A DNA stretch of 64,000 nt from the sequence record OP752703.1; one strand, given 5' to 3'. The position numbers and the translations under genes were made by a program. Of the stretch, positions 1 to 9,414 are shown one piece after another. The stretch's first letter is position 1. Every line of letters begins with the position of its first letter. The notes under the pieces were generated by a model, which saw only the letters and a program-made list of their open reading frames with translations, did no database searches and was not told the DNA's origin.

Positions 1-728
1 CCGTGTGTAATATGATGCAGATATAGGTCATTTATTGGATTATAAGATGTGCGCGATATTGACGATGTTTGCGCAAAGTATACCATATTTTCGGGATTTA
101 CAAAAACTTGGAAATCCAAAGACCCTTGTACCGTACAAATTAGTTCACTTAATGAGGCTGTACTATACGTTACGCGAGCAATTACACCATAAGGACCGCC
201 ATCAGTCTGTGAAAGATTACATGTACCAGTGACTCCATTATTCGGCTTAGTATATGCGGCTGACCATGTGTTTCCGAAGTCTAGCGACTGTAATACCATT
301 ACAAATGCAGTGGTATTTGAGTTAGTACTTTTGTTTGTGATAAGGACACGATTGTTTAACCTATCCCATGCCATTGAGTTGAATACAAAATAGGTAGGGG
401 TAACCGAATGCGTCACAGTGCGTTCGGTCCAAGTAGCACCGAAGTCCGTGGATGTATATGTATAAATTGTTGTAGAAGTGCCAGACTGACGAATCGACAT
501 GATGCGACCGTCCCTCGGATCGATTACAACACCAGCTAACGGATAATTCAGGGGGATGCTTAGGAAGTTAGTTTCCCAAGTTAGACCATCAGTCGATTTG
601 AATACGACGATACCAGTTCCATTTTTTGTACTACTTCTTGCTACTGCGATTACCTTAGTACCATCTGGCAAAATTGCGCCATCATAGCCGTAAGGTACTT
701 CGAGTCTATCTCCAATGTAGCTTTGCAT
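1..728 (-). CDS. BNR/Asp-box propeller virion protein, paralog of the next two genes; runs off the left edge (3' partial), absent from the ORF track
   Basis: ATG at 728 preceded by AGGAG. Manual translation MQSYIGDRLEVPYGYDGAILPDGTKVIAVARSSTKNGTGIVVFKSTDGLTW...STDFGATWT...LQSLDFGNTWS stays open to base 1 and aligns with the N-termini of 799..3111 and 3113..5332. Confidence 0.9.
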   Translation of the reverse strand, partial: MQSYIGDRLEVPYGYDGAILPDGTKVIAVARSSTKNGTGIVVFKSTDGLTWETNFLSIPLNYPLAGVVIDPRDGRIMSIRQSGTSTTIYTYTSTDFGATWTERTVTHSVTPTYFVFNSMAWDRLNNRVLITNKSTNSNTTAFVMVLQSLDFGNTWSAAYTKPNNGVTGTCNLSQTDGGPYGVIARVTYSTASLSELICTVQGSLDFQVFVNPENMVYFAQTSSISRTSYNPINDLYLHHITH

Positions 729-759
729 TGTTTAAAATCTCCTAAATTCTTTAGTTCAT

Positions 760-789
760 TGAGAGGGGTAAGTATATTTACCCCTCTCA
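760..789. terminator. 12-bp perfect inverted repeat (TGAGAGGGGTAA/TTACCCCTCTCA); TAAATA box on the minus strand overlaps loop and stem
   Basis: Seen directly; intergenic between 799..3111 and 1..728. Confidence 0.55.
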
Positions 790-798
790 TATTTTTCA

Positions 799-3111
799 TT
801 ACTGTTGGTACTGAGCTATGCGGAAGGCTAGCGGAGTATCATATATTGCCGATGGAACTGGCGTATGAGTAGGGGTAACACTTGGTGTCTGTGTCGGAGT
901 AAGTGAAACCAATGGGGCCGAATATTCACCAACACCGAATACTGCGTTAGTTGTAACAGAACCATTGAATGTGGTATCCAATGTCCCATCATAATTCAAA
1001 CGGACAATACCATTTCTAGAAACCTCATTGACACGAATAGTACCAGTTGCTCCTACTAAAATTCTACCATCGTTTAGTACCTTTATACCGTACAATGAGC
1101 CTATGATAGGCTGATTGAATGAAGGATCAAGTCTACCATTAGACTTGAACTTGTTAAGGTAACTATAGCCAGTTTGACCATCAATATTAACTTGAAAACC
1201 AGCGACGATGAACGAATCATCCGGTAGAACTTCTAGATTGTTTAGTGGAACGTTAATACCCGATCCTGTAGTAGTTATAATCGTGAATGTTGGGTCTACC
1301 ACGCCAGTAGTACTCACTCTAGCAAAGTATGACTTACTTACACCACCAATAGTATTAAATTGACCAAAAGCAAGCAAGCTGCCATCGCTTTGTTGACGAA
1401 TAGACGTAGTACCGTTCACCGTTACTGTTGCGAATGAGGAATCAATCGTTCCCGAAGGAATATCAACTTTTATAATTCGACTGCTTGATGCAATATACAT
1501 CTTATTACTATTCTGGTTATCAATCAATATGTAAGGTGTTGAGTGTGTACCAATTGTAGTACCCCATGCAGTATCAACCACACCATTTCCATTCATTTTA
1601 TAAACTCTACCGCCATTTACACCGATATAGTATTCATTTTCACTAATTTTCACCATAGATGAAATGTTTCGTGAAACTCCAATACCTGTTACTGACCATG
1701 TTGGGTTTAAAGTTCCAACTCGGTCAATTCTATTAACTGATACCGTTGGTACTATTCCATTAATAGAGCCGTACTGACCAAATACTATCAATTCATTGGT
1801 TCCTTCAACATGGAAAGAGTTAATGATGAAATCGTTAACCGGTAGTTCTACATTAATCGTCAGTACGTTATTACCATCGTTATCGAACAACGTATATCCC
1901 GTCTGTGCTATACCATTAGCCTGACCAATACGACCATATGCCATCATAGCATTTGTATTGTTTCTCGGAGTAGCAGACATAGTTGCAGTAGCACTAGGAG
2001 TCGGAGTAGGCATTTGAGTTGGAGTACCGATGTAACCGATGCCTGCCCCACGGAATACGCTAGACTGAATGTAACCGGAAATGATTCCAAGCTGATTATC
2101 ATACATCACACAATTATTAGCAAACTGTACTCCCGATTGTTCATAGTTGGTTGAATCATCGAGTGTCCAACCACCAGTACCAGTCTTTGATTTAAAGATT
2201 CTGGATGTATTTGTTCCAATAACACCACCACTAGAATTTATAGTAATTAATACCGTATCATTTGAAGGAGGATAATAGATTATAGAACCAAAAGTCTCAC
2301 CTGAGTTGAATGTAAATCCTAATGGGCGATCTGTGAATGTTGTAAATGCTCCATCGAATTCATGTAACGAATTATTAGTCGTTGAACGGAATGCATATGT
2401 GTCTGTCTGTGGATTATATGTTCCTGTCCAAGTTCTGTTATTTGTATATGGAATAGGCGTGTTGGATGGTAATGGATAGAACGTTACCGTGTCATCCGTT
2501 TCATTAGTTGCAATGATACCCGAGTCACCTGAACCACCGGGCGCACTTGAAAATATACGTCCGACAATACCATGTCTACCCAATTTCTGACTAGATAGTA
2601 TAACTCTGGTATTAGCATTGGTAGCAGTATAGGCTACAGACCACGTATCACCTGCATCAAATGATTGTAGAACGATATTTTTTGCCGTTGTAGTTGAATA
2701 TGTTGATGATGAACCAATCATTAGACGGTTACGCTTATTATCAGCAACTAACTGATTAGTATTACCAACAGTACCAGCGATGCCGTGGGTCACAGTCTTA
2801 GTGGTCCATGTAGCACCTAGATCAGTAGAACGCCACATAAAGATAGCAGAAGTAGAGCTTTGACTAATTGCCACCAGTGTTCCATTCGTACCCACATTCT
2901 CTAAGAATGCAATACTAGTTAAATTTGGAGAATTTAGATAGAACCAGTTAGTATTCCATACTTTACCATCAGTACTGTAGTAAACTACAATACCGTTACC
3001 ATTTTTTGTACTTGTTCGAGTCATTGCAATTACTCGAACACCAGAGGCAGTAGTACCTGTGGTGTCTCCGTAAATGACTTCATTAATGTCTCCAATATAT
3101 GAGGGTTGCAT
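799..3111 (-). CDS. Modular virion/tail-fibre-like protein: N-terminal BNR propeller, Pro/Thr linker, delta-60 (DUF5122-like) propeller, Pro/Thr tail
   Basis: Asp-boxes STDGKVW, STDLGATW, SFDAGDTW; TPTQMPTPTPSAT linker; repeats GxLDPTF / QQSDGSLLAFGQF / VLPDDSFIVAG. Confidence 0.75.
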   Translation of the reverse strand: MQPSYIGDINEVIYGDTTGTTASGVRVIAMTRTSTKNGNGIVVYYSTDGKVWNTNWFYLNSPNLTSIAFLENVGTNGTLVAISQSSTSAIFMWRSTDLGATWTTKTVTHGIAGTVGNTNQLVADNKRNRLMIGSSSTYSTTTAKNIVLQSFDAGDTWSVAYTATNANTRVILSSQKLGRHGIVGRIFSSAPGGSGDSGIIATNETDDTVTFYPLPSNTPIPYTNNRTWTGTYNPQTDTYAFRSTTNNSLHEFDGAFTTFTDRPLGFTFNSGETFGSIIYYPPSNDTVLITINSSGGVIGTNTSRIFKSKTGTGGWTLDDSTNYEQSGVQFANNCVMYDNQLGIISGYIQSSVFRGAGIGYIGTPTQMPTPTPSATATMSATPRNNTNAMMAYGRIGQANGIAQTGYTLFDNDGNNVLTINVELPVNDFIINSFHVEGTNELIVFGQYGSINGIVPTVSVNRIDRVGTLNPTWSVTGIGVSRNISSMVKISENEYYIGVNGGRVYKMNGNGVVDTAWGTTIGTHSTPYILIDNQNSNKMYIASSSRIIKVDIPSGTIDSSFATVTVNGTTSIRQQSDGSLLAFGQFNTIGGVSKSYFARVSTTGVVDPTFTIITTTGSGINVPLNNLEVLPDDSFIVAGFQVNIDGQTGYSYLNKFKSNGRLDPSFNQPIIGSLYGIKVLNDGRILVGATGTIRVNEVSRNGIVRLNYDGTLDTTFNGSVTTNAVFGVGEYSAPLVSLTPTQTPSVTPTHTPVPSAIYDTPLAFRIAQYQQ

Positions 3112-3112
3112 A

Positions 3113-5332
3113 TTAAATTGTCTCTCCGTTTACAGGGAATTGATTAAACGACAATGCTTCATAAACTGGTGAAGATGCCGGGGTGCTGCTTGGGGTCTGT
3201 GTTGGTGTAGGCGTTGGTGTAGGCGTTGGGATAGGGACGATAGTTGAGCGACCAGTTATCACTGAACCATCAAATCCAACTGCTACTAGTAAGTTGTCAG
3301 AAGGAGCATAGGTGATACCCGTAAGGTCTTTTGTATCTGCTACTGCACTTGGCCATGTATTCCATACAATGCCATCTGTAGTAGTCATAACTCTTCGTGT
3401 CCCCATGCGGTTTACAGCTACAAATAGACCTAATTCTTTCGCCCAAACCAAACAGTTCTGTGAGAATTGGGTTCCCGGTTGATTGTGTGGAGTAATAATC
3501 CATTCTATACCATCCGATGATCTAGCAGTATTTGTACCAGTTGCAATGGCTACGAACATGTTAAGTTCGTGTGACCATTCCACAGAAGCCCACGAATTAC
3601 CTTGTAGTGCAGTGGAACCTGTCCAGTTTATACCATCAGAAGAATACATCACCGTGTTTGTATTAGCATTTGCTACTGCCACGAATAGACCTAAATCCTG
3701 TGAGTATGTAACATTCTGCCACAATCCAGCGGCACCTGTGCGCGGAGTCCAATTAATACCATCAGGAGAGGTCATTACGAATGCTGTTGATGTTGTACTT
3801 ACCGCAACGAATAGATTCTTATCAGGTGCCCAAACGACAGACTGCCATGAACATGTATCATTTGCAGAAGGTCTTACGGTCCAATTGATACCATCTGGAG
3901 AAGTAGCCACGCGATTAGTTCCCGTAGATGCTACAGCGACGAATAAGCCAAGACTATCTGACCACGCTATCGAACGCCATGCGTTTGCGACAGGGATAGT
4001 TCTGGCGGTCCAGTTGATGCCGTCAGGAGAAGTCATTGAAGTTCCTGAACCTGAAATTGCAATAGCAGAGAATAACCTCAGCGGCTCAGACCACACTACA
4101 TCCCACCAATTAGGTGTGATTGCGGGAGTACGATTAATCCACTCCAAACCATCAACATTGATTGCCGATGGGGTTGGGGTTGGGGTCATGGACAATGATG
4201 CGCTTGGGGTTATGGACGAGGTTGGGGTTGGAGTTGGGGTAGGTAATGAACCTGCCTTACCCAAATAACCCAACTGAATTCTCTGTGCGGCTGTATAACC
4301 ATGAGAATAAATCTGTACCAACTTACGTAAATCATCATAGAACATACTTACGCCGAATCTATTTTGCGTATTATAAATTGGAGCAGGATCGTAAACCCAA
4401 CCACCATTACCATATACTGATTTAAATGTTCTATACAATGCGGGGTCAACAGAGGCACTATCGGCTCTACACGATGCGAAGAATTGTCCGTCTTCTTCAC
4501 TCCAAACAATATAGGAAATGGTTGAATTTAAATTTGTACTTGGTACAGTAACTTGGCGGGAAGGGCCGTCAGGATCAAGACTGAAACTAATCGAAGTTGC
4601 AGAAGAGCCGGAAGTTAAACCATTAGGTGCAACGTAAGTTCTCGACAATGGTGAATATGCAATAGTATAACCAGCACTTACAGGGTAAATAGTGTCAATT
4701 ACGTCTGGCATTTCTTCCAGAGTATCATCAATCGTGTTACTCTTATAAATGCTATTTCCTGTTCCAGAAGATGCAGAAGCTCTCATGAATAGAGGATATG
4801 GTGCGCCGGGAGCATAAGCTACACCAGCGAATGTACCATTAGCTACTTGGTTGGTAGAGAACGCGGACCATGTAACACCACCATCATTGCTTTGCAGGGA
4901 AGTAATAGCACCTACTGGTAGGTTGATGCGTGAAGCGCTCGATAGAATCAAACGGCTACGCGAAGTATCAAACCATACTGCACTGAATGCAGGCCAACCA
5001 TCACCGCCAGAATCTCCAATTGAACGAGTATTTACTGTCCATGTAGCACCAAAGTCGGTACTTTCTCGTACAGTGATATTATTCGCACTTGATACTGAAT
5101 CAATTACAAAGATTTTGTTATTGGCCGGGTCATAGGCACAACCTGCCATAGCTACAGTAGTCGGTAAGAATTCGGAGGTCCAATTTAGACCATCTTGGGC
5201 GCGCATAACTAGTACACCATTACCGTATGTGGTGCTAGTTCTAGCAATGACCATTACAGCCGAGCCATCTGGTGCTAGACCATAAGCTCGACCGACAATA
5301 ACTTCATTTCTATCGCCAATATATGTTTTCAT
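3113..5332 (-). CDS. Modular virion/tail-fibre-like protein: N-terminal BNR propeller, Pro/Thr linker, second propeller of WxxVxWS..LFVAV..TSPDGINWT repeats, Pro/Thr tail
   Basis: About six SPDGINW-type repeats; PTPTPTPTSS linker; N-terminus shared with neighbours. Confidence 0.75.
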   Translation of the reverse strand: MKTYIGDRNEVIVGRAYGLAPDGSAVMVIARTSTTYGNGVLVMRAQDGLNWTSEFLPTTVAMAGCAYDPANNKIFVIDSVSSANNITVRESTDFGATWTVNTRSIGDSGGDGWPAFSAVWFDTSRSRLILSSASRINLPVGAITSLQSNDGGVTWSAFSTNQVANGTFAGVAYAPGAPYPLFMRASASSGTGNSIYKSNTIDDTLEEMPDVIDTIYPVSAGYTIAYSPLSRTYVAPNGLTSGSSATSISFSLDPDGPSRQVTVPSTNLNSTISYIVWSEEDGQFFASCRADSASVDPALYRTFKSVYGNGGWVYDPAPIYNTQNRFGVSMFYDDLRKLVQIYSHGYTAAQRIQLGYLGKAGSLPTPTPTPTSSITPSASLSMTPTPTPSAINVDGLEWINRTPAITPNWWDVVWSEPLRLFSAIAISGSGTSMTSPDGINWTARTIPVANAWRSIAWSDSLGLFVAVASTGTNRVATSPDGINWTVRPSANDTCSWQSVVWAPDKNLFVAVSTTSTAFVMTSPDGINWTPRTGAAGLWQNVTYSQDLGLFVAVANANTNTVMYSSDGINWTGSTALQGNSWASVEWSHELNMFVAIATGTNTARSSDGIEWIITPHNQPGTQFSQNCLVWAKELGLFVAVNRMGTRRVMTTTDGIVWNTWPSAVADTKDLTGITYAPSDNLLVAVGFDGSVITGRSTIVPIPTPTPTPTPTQTPSSTPASSPVYEALSFNQFPVNGETI

Positions 5333-7005
5333 TAAGTTGCTTCTCCATCTAGTGATGCTGGGTTATAATTCAGTGCTACGTATACGGCAGACGGTGCAGG
5401 AGTCTCTGTTGGCGTAGGTGTCGGTGTAGCTGACAATGTGGCCGAAGGAGTTACCGAAGCAGTTAGAGAAACTGTAGTCGTCGGAGTCGGTGTAGCCGAG
5501 TTTGACGGAGTTACTGTAGCTGTAACTGTTGGAGTCTGCGACTTTGTAGTTTCCGGGGTCGGACTTACTGATGCCGTAGGTGTAACTGTTCCCGTTACTG
5601 TTGGAGTAATGGTAGGAGTTACTGTTGACGATAGTGAAATCGTCGGTGTTACTGTATTTGTAGGAGTCGGACTTAGAGTGTAGACCGGAGTTTCCGTAGG
5701 AGTTTGCGAAGGCGTTTGCGTTGGCGTTCTCGAAGGAGTTCTTGTCTGCGTCGGAGTCGGAGTCTGTGAAGCTGTGATAGAAACTGACAACGTTGGCTTC
5801 GGAGTTCTGCTAGGAGTCTGAGTTGGAGACGCCGTGGTAGAAATCGTTGGAGTAATTGTCGGAGTTAGTGAAGTCGTAGTCGATACAGATACCGAAGGGG
5901 TAACTGTAGGAGTTACGCTTGCACTTCTAGAAATCGTCGGAGTAATCGCCGGAGTTCTAGTATTTGTAGGTGTAATAGTTGGTGTAACCGTATTACTTGG
6001 GGTATTACTTGGAGTTCTAGTTGGCGATCTGGTTACAGAAGGCGTATTAGAAATCGTCGGTGTGACTGTCGGTGTGACAGTTCTACTAGCCGTAGGAGTT
6101 AATGTTGAAGTCGGTGTAACTGTAGGTGTAGGAGTTACAGCAGGACGGTCAACAGTATAACTAATTACCCCATTACAGTAATCAAAACTAATGTCAGCCA
6201 TTTTGACGCCATAACGAGGAACCAGTCCTGCATTCGCGTCTTCAATTACTACTTGGGTATTAGTCCAAAAACTTTCTTGATTTACTAGAGTACCACCAAC
6301 GTTGACCCATTTATGGTCAACCTGATCCATTGAACCACCACTATAAGTGGAGATTACAACTTTAATATTACCATCACGATAACGGGTATACCAAAGACCC
6401 GTTAGAGCCATTACGGTTGAATTATTGGAAGGATACTGAGCCTTAATTGCTGGGAAATCCAACAAGAAGCTTTCAGTACCTTCATTACCTTGTTCGTCGC
6501 CTGCCCACGTAATAAAACCATCGTCTGTAGACTGACGGTCCCAACCAACGTAAACGTTACGCGGCGGATCGGTAATTGCCATGCGAGGATCAAGGTCTTC
6601 ACCATTAGCATATGTCCATACTAAATCAACGACCGCGAAATCGAACGGAATAGTATTACATTGTACCGGCGAAGGAGTAGGAGTTACAGCACCATGGTAT
6701 GAGATTTCAACACCGACCTTATCATCCCACGGAAGTAGGTCAGGACGGCGGACTCGATATGTGCCTTCTGTCTTCAAGTAAATCTGTTGCATGTTCTTAC
6801 TGAAAACAATAAGACCATCGCCCTCAGTTTCTACTTGATAGAAGTTTCCATCAATCCCCTTTACTTCGAGAATCAATGCAGGCCCGGTACTAACGTCAAC
6901 ACCATCGGCAGTATACACGGACACCACAACGCAAACGCTGGATGTTACCGCGAATTCTGCCGAATAGCTTGGGTCAGACCCCGGAAATAGAATACTTTGT
7001 GACAT
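5332..7005 (-). CDS. Virion-associated protein with two small globular domains and a ~250-aa Thr/Pro/Ser mucin-like stalk
   Basis: ATG at 7005 (MSQSIL) preferred over the TTG at 7017; ATAAATA upstream; region ~5390-6140 encodes almost only T/P/S/V/A. Confidence 0.8.
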   Translation of the reverse strand: MSQSILFPGSDPSYSAEFAVTSSVCVVVSVYTADGVDVSTGPALILEVKGIDGNFYQVETEGDGLIVFSKNMQQIYLKTEGTYRVRRPDLLPWDDKVGVEISYHGAVTPTPSPVQCNTIPFDFAVVDLVWTYANGEDLDPRMAITDPPRNVYVGWDRQSTDDGFITWAGDEQGNEGTESFLLDFPAIKAQYPSNNSTVMALTGLWYTRYRDGNIKVVISTYSGGSMDQVDHKWVNVGGTLVNQESFWTNTQVVIEDANAGLVPRYGVKMADISFDYCNGVISYTVDRPAVTPTPTVTPTSTLTPTASRTVTPTVTPTISNTPSVTRSPTRTPSNTPSNTVTPTITPTNTRTPAITPTISRSASVTPTVTPSVSVSTTTSLTPTITPTISTTASPTQTPSRTPKPTLSVSITASQTPTPTQTRTPSRTPTQTPSQTPTETPVYTLSPTPTNTVTPTISLSSTVTPTITPTVTGTVTPTASVSPTPETTKSQTPTVTATVTPSNSATPTPTTTVSLTASVTPSATLSATPTPTPTETPAPSAVYVALNYNPASLDGEAT

Positions 7006-7027
7006 TCTGTTAACCAATTTATCTGTT

Positions 7028-7034
7028 TATTTAT
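7028..7034 (-). promoter_or_regulatory. T4-late-type promoter box ATAAATA heading the propeller/mucin gene array
   Basis: TATTTAT on + strand, 22 nt upstream of ATG 7005. Confidence 0.6.
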
Positions 7035-7055
7035 TACATATGGTCACCGTTGACG

Positions 7056-7931
7056 TTATAGGTCAACGGATGCCCAAGGGTCGAACTTAACATTCTCTTG
7101 CTTGAAAATATTCCAAAAACGGTAAGCATCGCACTCGAATTTCTCACCATCACATGCTGGAATCCATAGAGAATAGAAATCTGGCGTGTTGATTACCTTA
7201 GAGTAACCACGTGGATTGCATAGGACTCGCGTTCCACCAATTGAATAATCGAAGTTATCGTGCATATGACCGTGGAACCATAGGTCAGGTCCACCATCCT
7301 TGATAAGATCGAATAGATCGGAAGAGAATGCAGGGTTCAGGGAATGACCAGCCCACTTAGGGTGGATTGACAAATGACTCGGGGCATGATGAGAAATTAC
7401 TACAACCTTCGACGCATTGTCTTGTCTAGCCTGAGTAACCGCGTCAAAGATAAACTGTTTATGCCTATCATGAATGATTACCGTATCTTCGGGGTCTAAG
7501 TCGCGGTAACTGTTAGCCTTTACCACGTGATAGTCGTTCAAACCATTCTTAATAGAATGCATTGCATGCTCGCTACGCTTATTCATATCCGTCCATAGCG
7601 TTGCACCCACAAAGGCCACATCATCTACCCAATGGACTTCTTCGTCCAATACGTACACATTCGGGAACTGTGCTAGTTCATCTTTGATATTCTGGACAGC
7701 ATCTTTCATATCACCGTGGTAATACTCATGATTACCCGGAACATAAATGACTTCCTTGAAACGGCCTGCTACATTCTTAAAGAACATTTTCATTTGAGCC
7801 GAGAACCTTGCGGACACGGCAATATCTCCGGCTAGAACCAGTACGCTCGAAGCGTCGTCGTCTTCATCGCCGTAAGGGAGGACAAAGGGACATATTTCTA
7901 GGTGAAGATCACTTACATATCGGATTTTCAT
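7056..7931 (-). CDS. Calcineurin-like metallophosphoesterase
   Basis: Motifs SDLH, AGDI, PGNHE, SHHAP, FHGHMH. Confidence 0.9.
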   Translation of the reverse strand: MKIRYVSDLHLEICPFVLPYGDEDDDASSVLVLAGDIAVSARFSAQMKMFFKNVAGRFKEVIYVPGNHEYYHGDMKDAVQNIKDELAQFPNVYVLDEEVHWVDDVAFVGATLWTDMNKRSEHAMHSIKNGLNDYHVVKANSYRDLDPEDTVIIHDRHKQFIFDAVTQARQDNASKVVVISHHAPSHLSIHPKWAGHSLNPAFSSDLFDLIKDGGPDLWFHGHMHDNFDYSIGGTRVLCNPRGYSKVINTPDFYSLWIPACDGEKFECDAYRFWNIFKQENVKFDPWASVDL

Positions 7932-7940
7932 TATAATTTC

Positions 7941-7947
7941 CTAAATA
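7941..7947 (+). promoter_or_regulatory. Late-type box CTAAATA upstream of the cysteine peptidase
   Basis: Followed by GGGAGAGG RBS and ATG 7968. Confidence 0.55.
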
Positions 7948-7967
7948 ATTGGGAGAGGATTAATATC

Positions 7968-8630
7968 ATGACAACTGGCTTAATTTTACATAAAGACCCA
8001 AGGGACTCACAATATCAATACAACATTGTAGCAGGCGACAAGCCTCCATTCAAGCAAAAAGAATGGTGGGCAAATGGCTGGTGGGGCGATCAGGGAACTA
8101 CTCCATTCTGTGGAGCGTATTCATGGTTACATTTACTTGAAGACGGTCCTGTGTTCCAAGACAAACTAGAGTCAAAGAAAACTCCAATGTTCTCCCCTGA
8201 ACAATTCTATAAGAAATGTAAGGAGATTGATGGCCTATCGGGTGAAGGGACCACTATACATGCTTGTGCGAAAATTGCCAAGAGTTTGGGGCTTATCCGT
8301 GAGTACCGTTGGATTAATAATGTAGAAGATGCTGTGGTTGCGCTTCTAGTACACGGTCCTTTGATTGCAGGTACTCATTGGTATGTAGGCATGGAGGCAG
8401 ATTCGTCTGGCCGTATGCGCGTCTCAGGAGCTTCTGTAGGCGGTCACGCATACGTCATCAATGGCGTAGACGAAGACAAGCAAACCTTCCGCATCAAGAA
8501 CTCTTACGGAAAGAAGTGGGGTAAGAACGGTCACGGCTACATTTCCTTCAAGGATATGCAGAAGTTGTTCGATGACGGTGGATCACTTTGTGTTCCATTC
8601 GTAGAACAAGTCGAAGTAATCAAGTTATAA
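7968..8630 (+). CDS. Papain-like (C1) cysteine peptidase
   Basis: DQGTTPFCGAYS (oxyanion Gln, catalytic Cys), GGHAY (His), IKNSYGKKWGKNG (Asn). Start moved to ATG 7968, which has an RBS. Confidence 0.85.
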   Translation: MTTGLILHKDPRDSQYQYNIVAGDKPPFKQKEWWANGWWGDQGTTPFCGAYSWLHLLEDGPVFQDKLESKKTPMFSPEQFYKKCKEIDGLSGEGTTIHACAKIAKSLGLIREYRWINNVEDAVVALLVHGPLIAGTHWYVGMEADSSGRMRVSGASVGGHAYVINGVDEDKQTFRIKNSYGKKWGKNGHGYISFKDMQKLFDDGGSLCVPFVEQVEVIKL

Positions 8631-8633
8631 TGA

Positions 8634-8661
8634 AAAAAAGCCCCCATACGGGGGCTTTTCT
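8634..8661. terminator. Bidirectional intrinsic terminator
   Basis: A-tract, GCCCCC-ATAC-GGGGGC, T-tract, between convergent genes. Confidence 0.85.
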
Positions 8662-9026
8662 TATGCAAAGGAGATACGTTCTTCTTTGATGATCTTACTA
8701 ATATGAATACTGGCACTACTTTCCGTTTTGATACCAGCTTCTTCGACAAGCTTCTTTACAATGTCTTTGCGAGTCATGGTCTTATAATTGTCGAGGACAA
8801 TTTGCCTTGCTTTCTCTCGCTTCAACGAATCCTTTTTAGTGTTGCGTGTCGCGTAAGTCTTTCCTAGAGTTACGTTTAGTTCCTTTGCTGAATTACTAAC
8901 GTGCGTCCTAGCACTGTTTTCCGTTGTATTCAATGCTCGCATTACCAGTGAGACGATTTCATTACGGCTCTTAGTGTGGTTCTGCAAGTAAATTTCTTTT
9001 GCTAGTTCTGCTTTAGTTTTCTTCAT
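8661..9026 (-). CDS. Small basic protein with two internal repeats, putative DNA binding
   Basis: KAELAKEIY..KSRNEIVSLVMRALNTTENSARTHVSN vs KARQIVL..MTRKDIVKKLVEEAGIKTESSASIHISK. Confidence 0.6.
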   Translation of the reverse strand: MKKTKAELAKEIYLQNHTKSRNEIVSLVMRALNTTENSARTHVSNSAKELNVTLGKTYATRNTKKDSLKREKARQIVLDNYKTMTRKDIVKKLVEEAGIKTESSASIHISKIIKEERISFA

Positions 9027-9054
9027 AATGCACCTACTTAAATTACTGTACTAC

Positions 9055-9414
9055 TTACTTCTGAGTGTGTTCTACTTCGATCTGATCTTTACCTAGATTG
9101 TTGTTAATCTTAGCAAGGATTTCGATCATACCCGCACGTTGGGCAACATCATTAGTATGGATTATTTTTGTCGTTTTGTCCATATGTTCTAAACGAGCAG
9201 CAATTTCCATCAATGTTGGTGAGGTTAGTAGAGCTTTCAAAATATAAATCGCAGTGAATACAACAAATAGGTTGCCGAAAATGAGCTTAGGTAGCATAGG
9301 GAACATGGGCAGTAGAGCGGCGTTCCAGCCAATCATAGTCACGGAAGTGCAGATAGTAACAATCGCACCGCCGTAAAGGGTCTTTCCTACAAGATCGCCT
9401 GTATTAATCATCAA
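9055..9414 (-). CDS. Hypothetical membrane protein (2 hydrophobic segments)
   Basis: Hydrophobic stretches at about aa 13-35 and 42-62. Confidence 0.6.
   Translation of the reverse strand: MMINTGDLVGKTLYGGAIVTICTSVTMIGWNAALLPMFPMLPKLIFGNLFVVFTAIYILKALLTSPTLMEIAARLEHMDKTTKIIHTNDVAQRAGMIEILAKINNNLGKDQIEVEHTQK

Noticed and set aside
1-5332. Diversity-generating retroelement acting on the propeller paralogs
   Set aside because: No reverse transcriptase in the window and no near-identical template/variable repeat pair; the paralogs differ at all codon positions
5390-6140. Possible DNA tandem repeat or CRISPR-like array
   Set aside because: Periodicity is at amino-acid level with varied synonymous codons; there are no identical repeats with unique spacers and no cas genes
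5438-6160. Plus-strand Gly/Val-rich ORFs (5438..5683, 5834..6160; also 3483..4268)
   Set aside because: They are antisense shadows of Thr/Pro codon runs (ACN/CCN read as GGN/GTN-rich on the other strand), with no RBS or promoter
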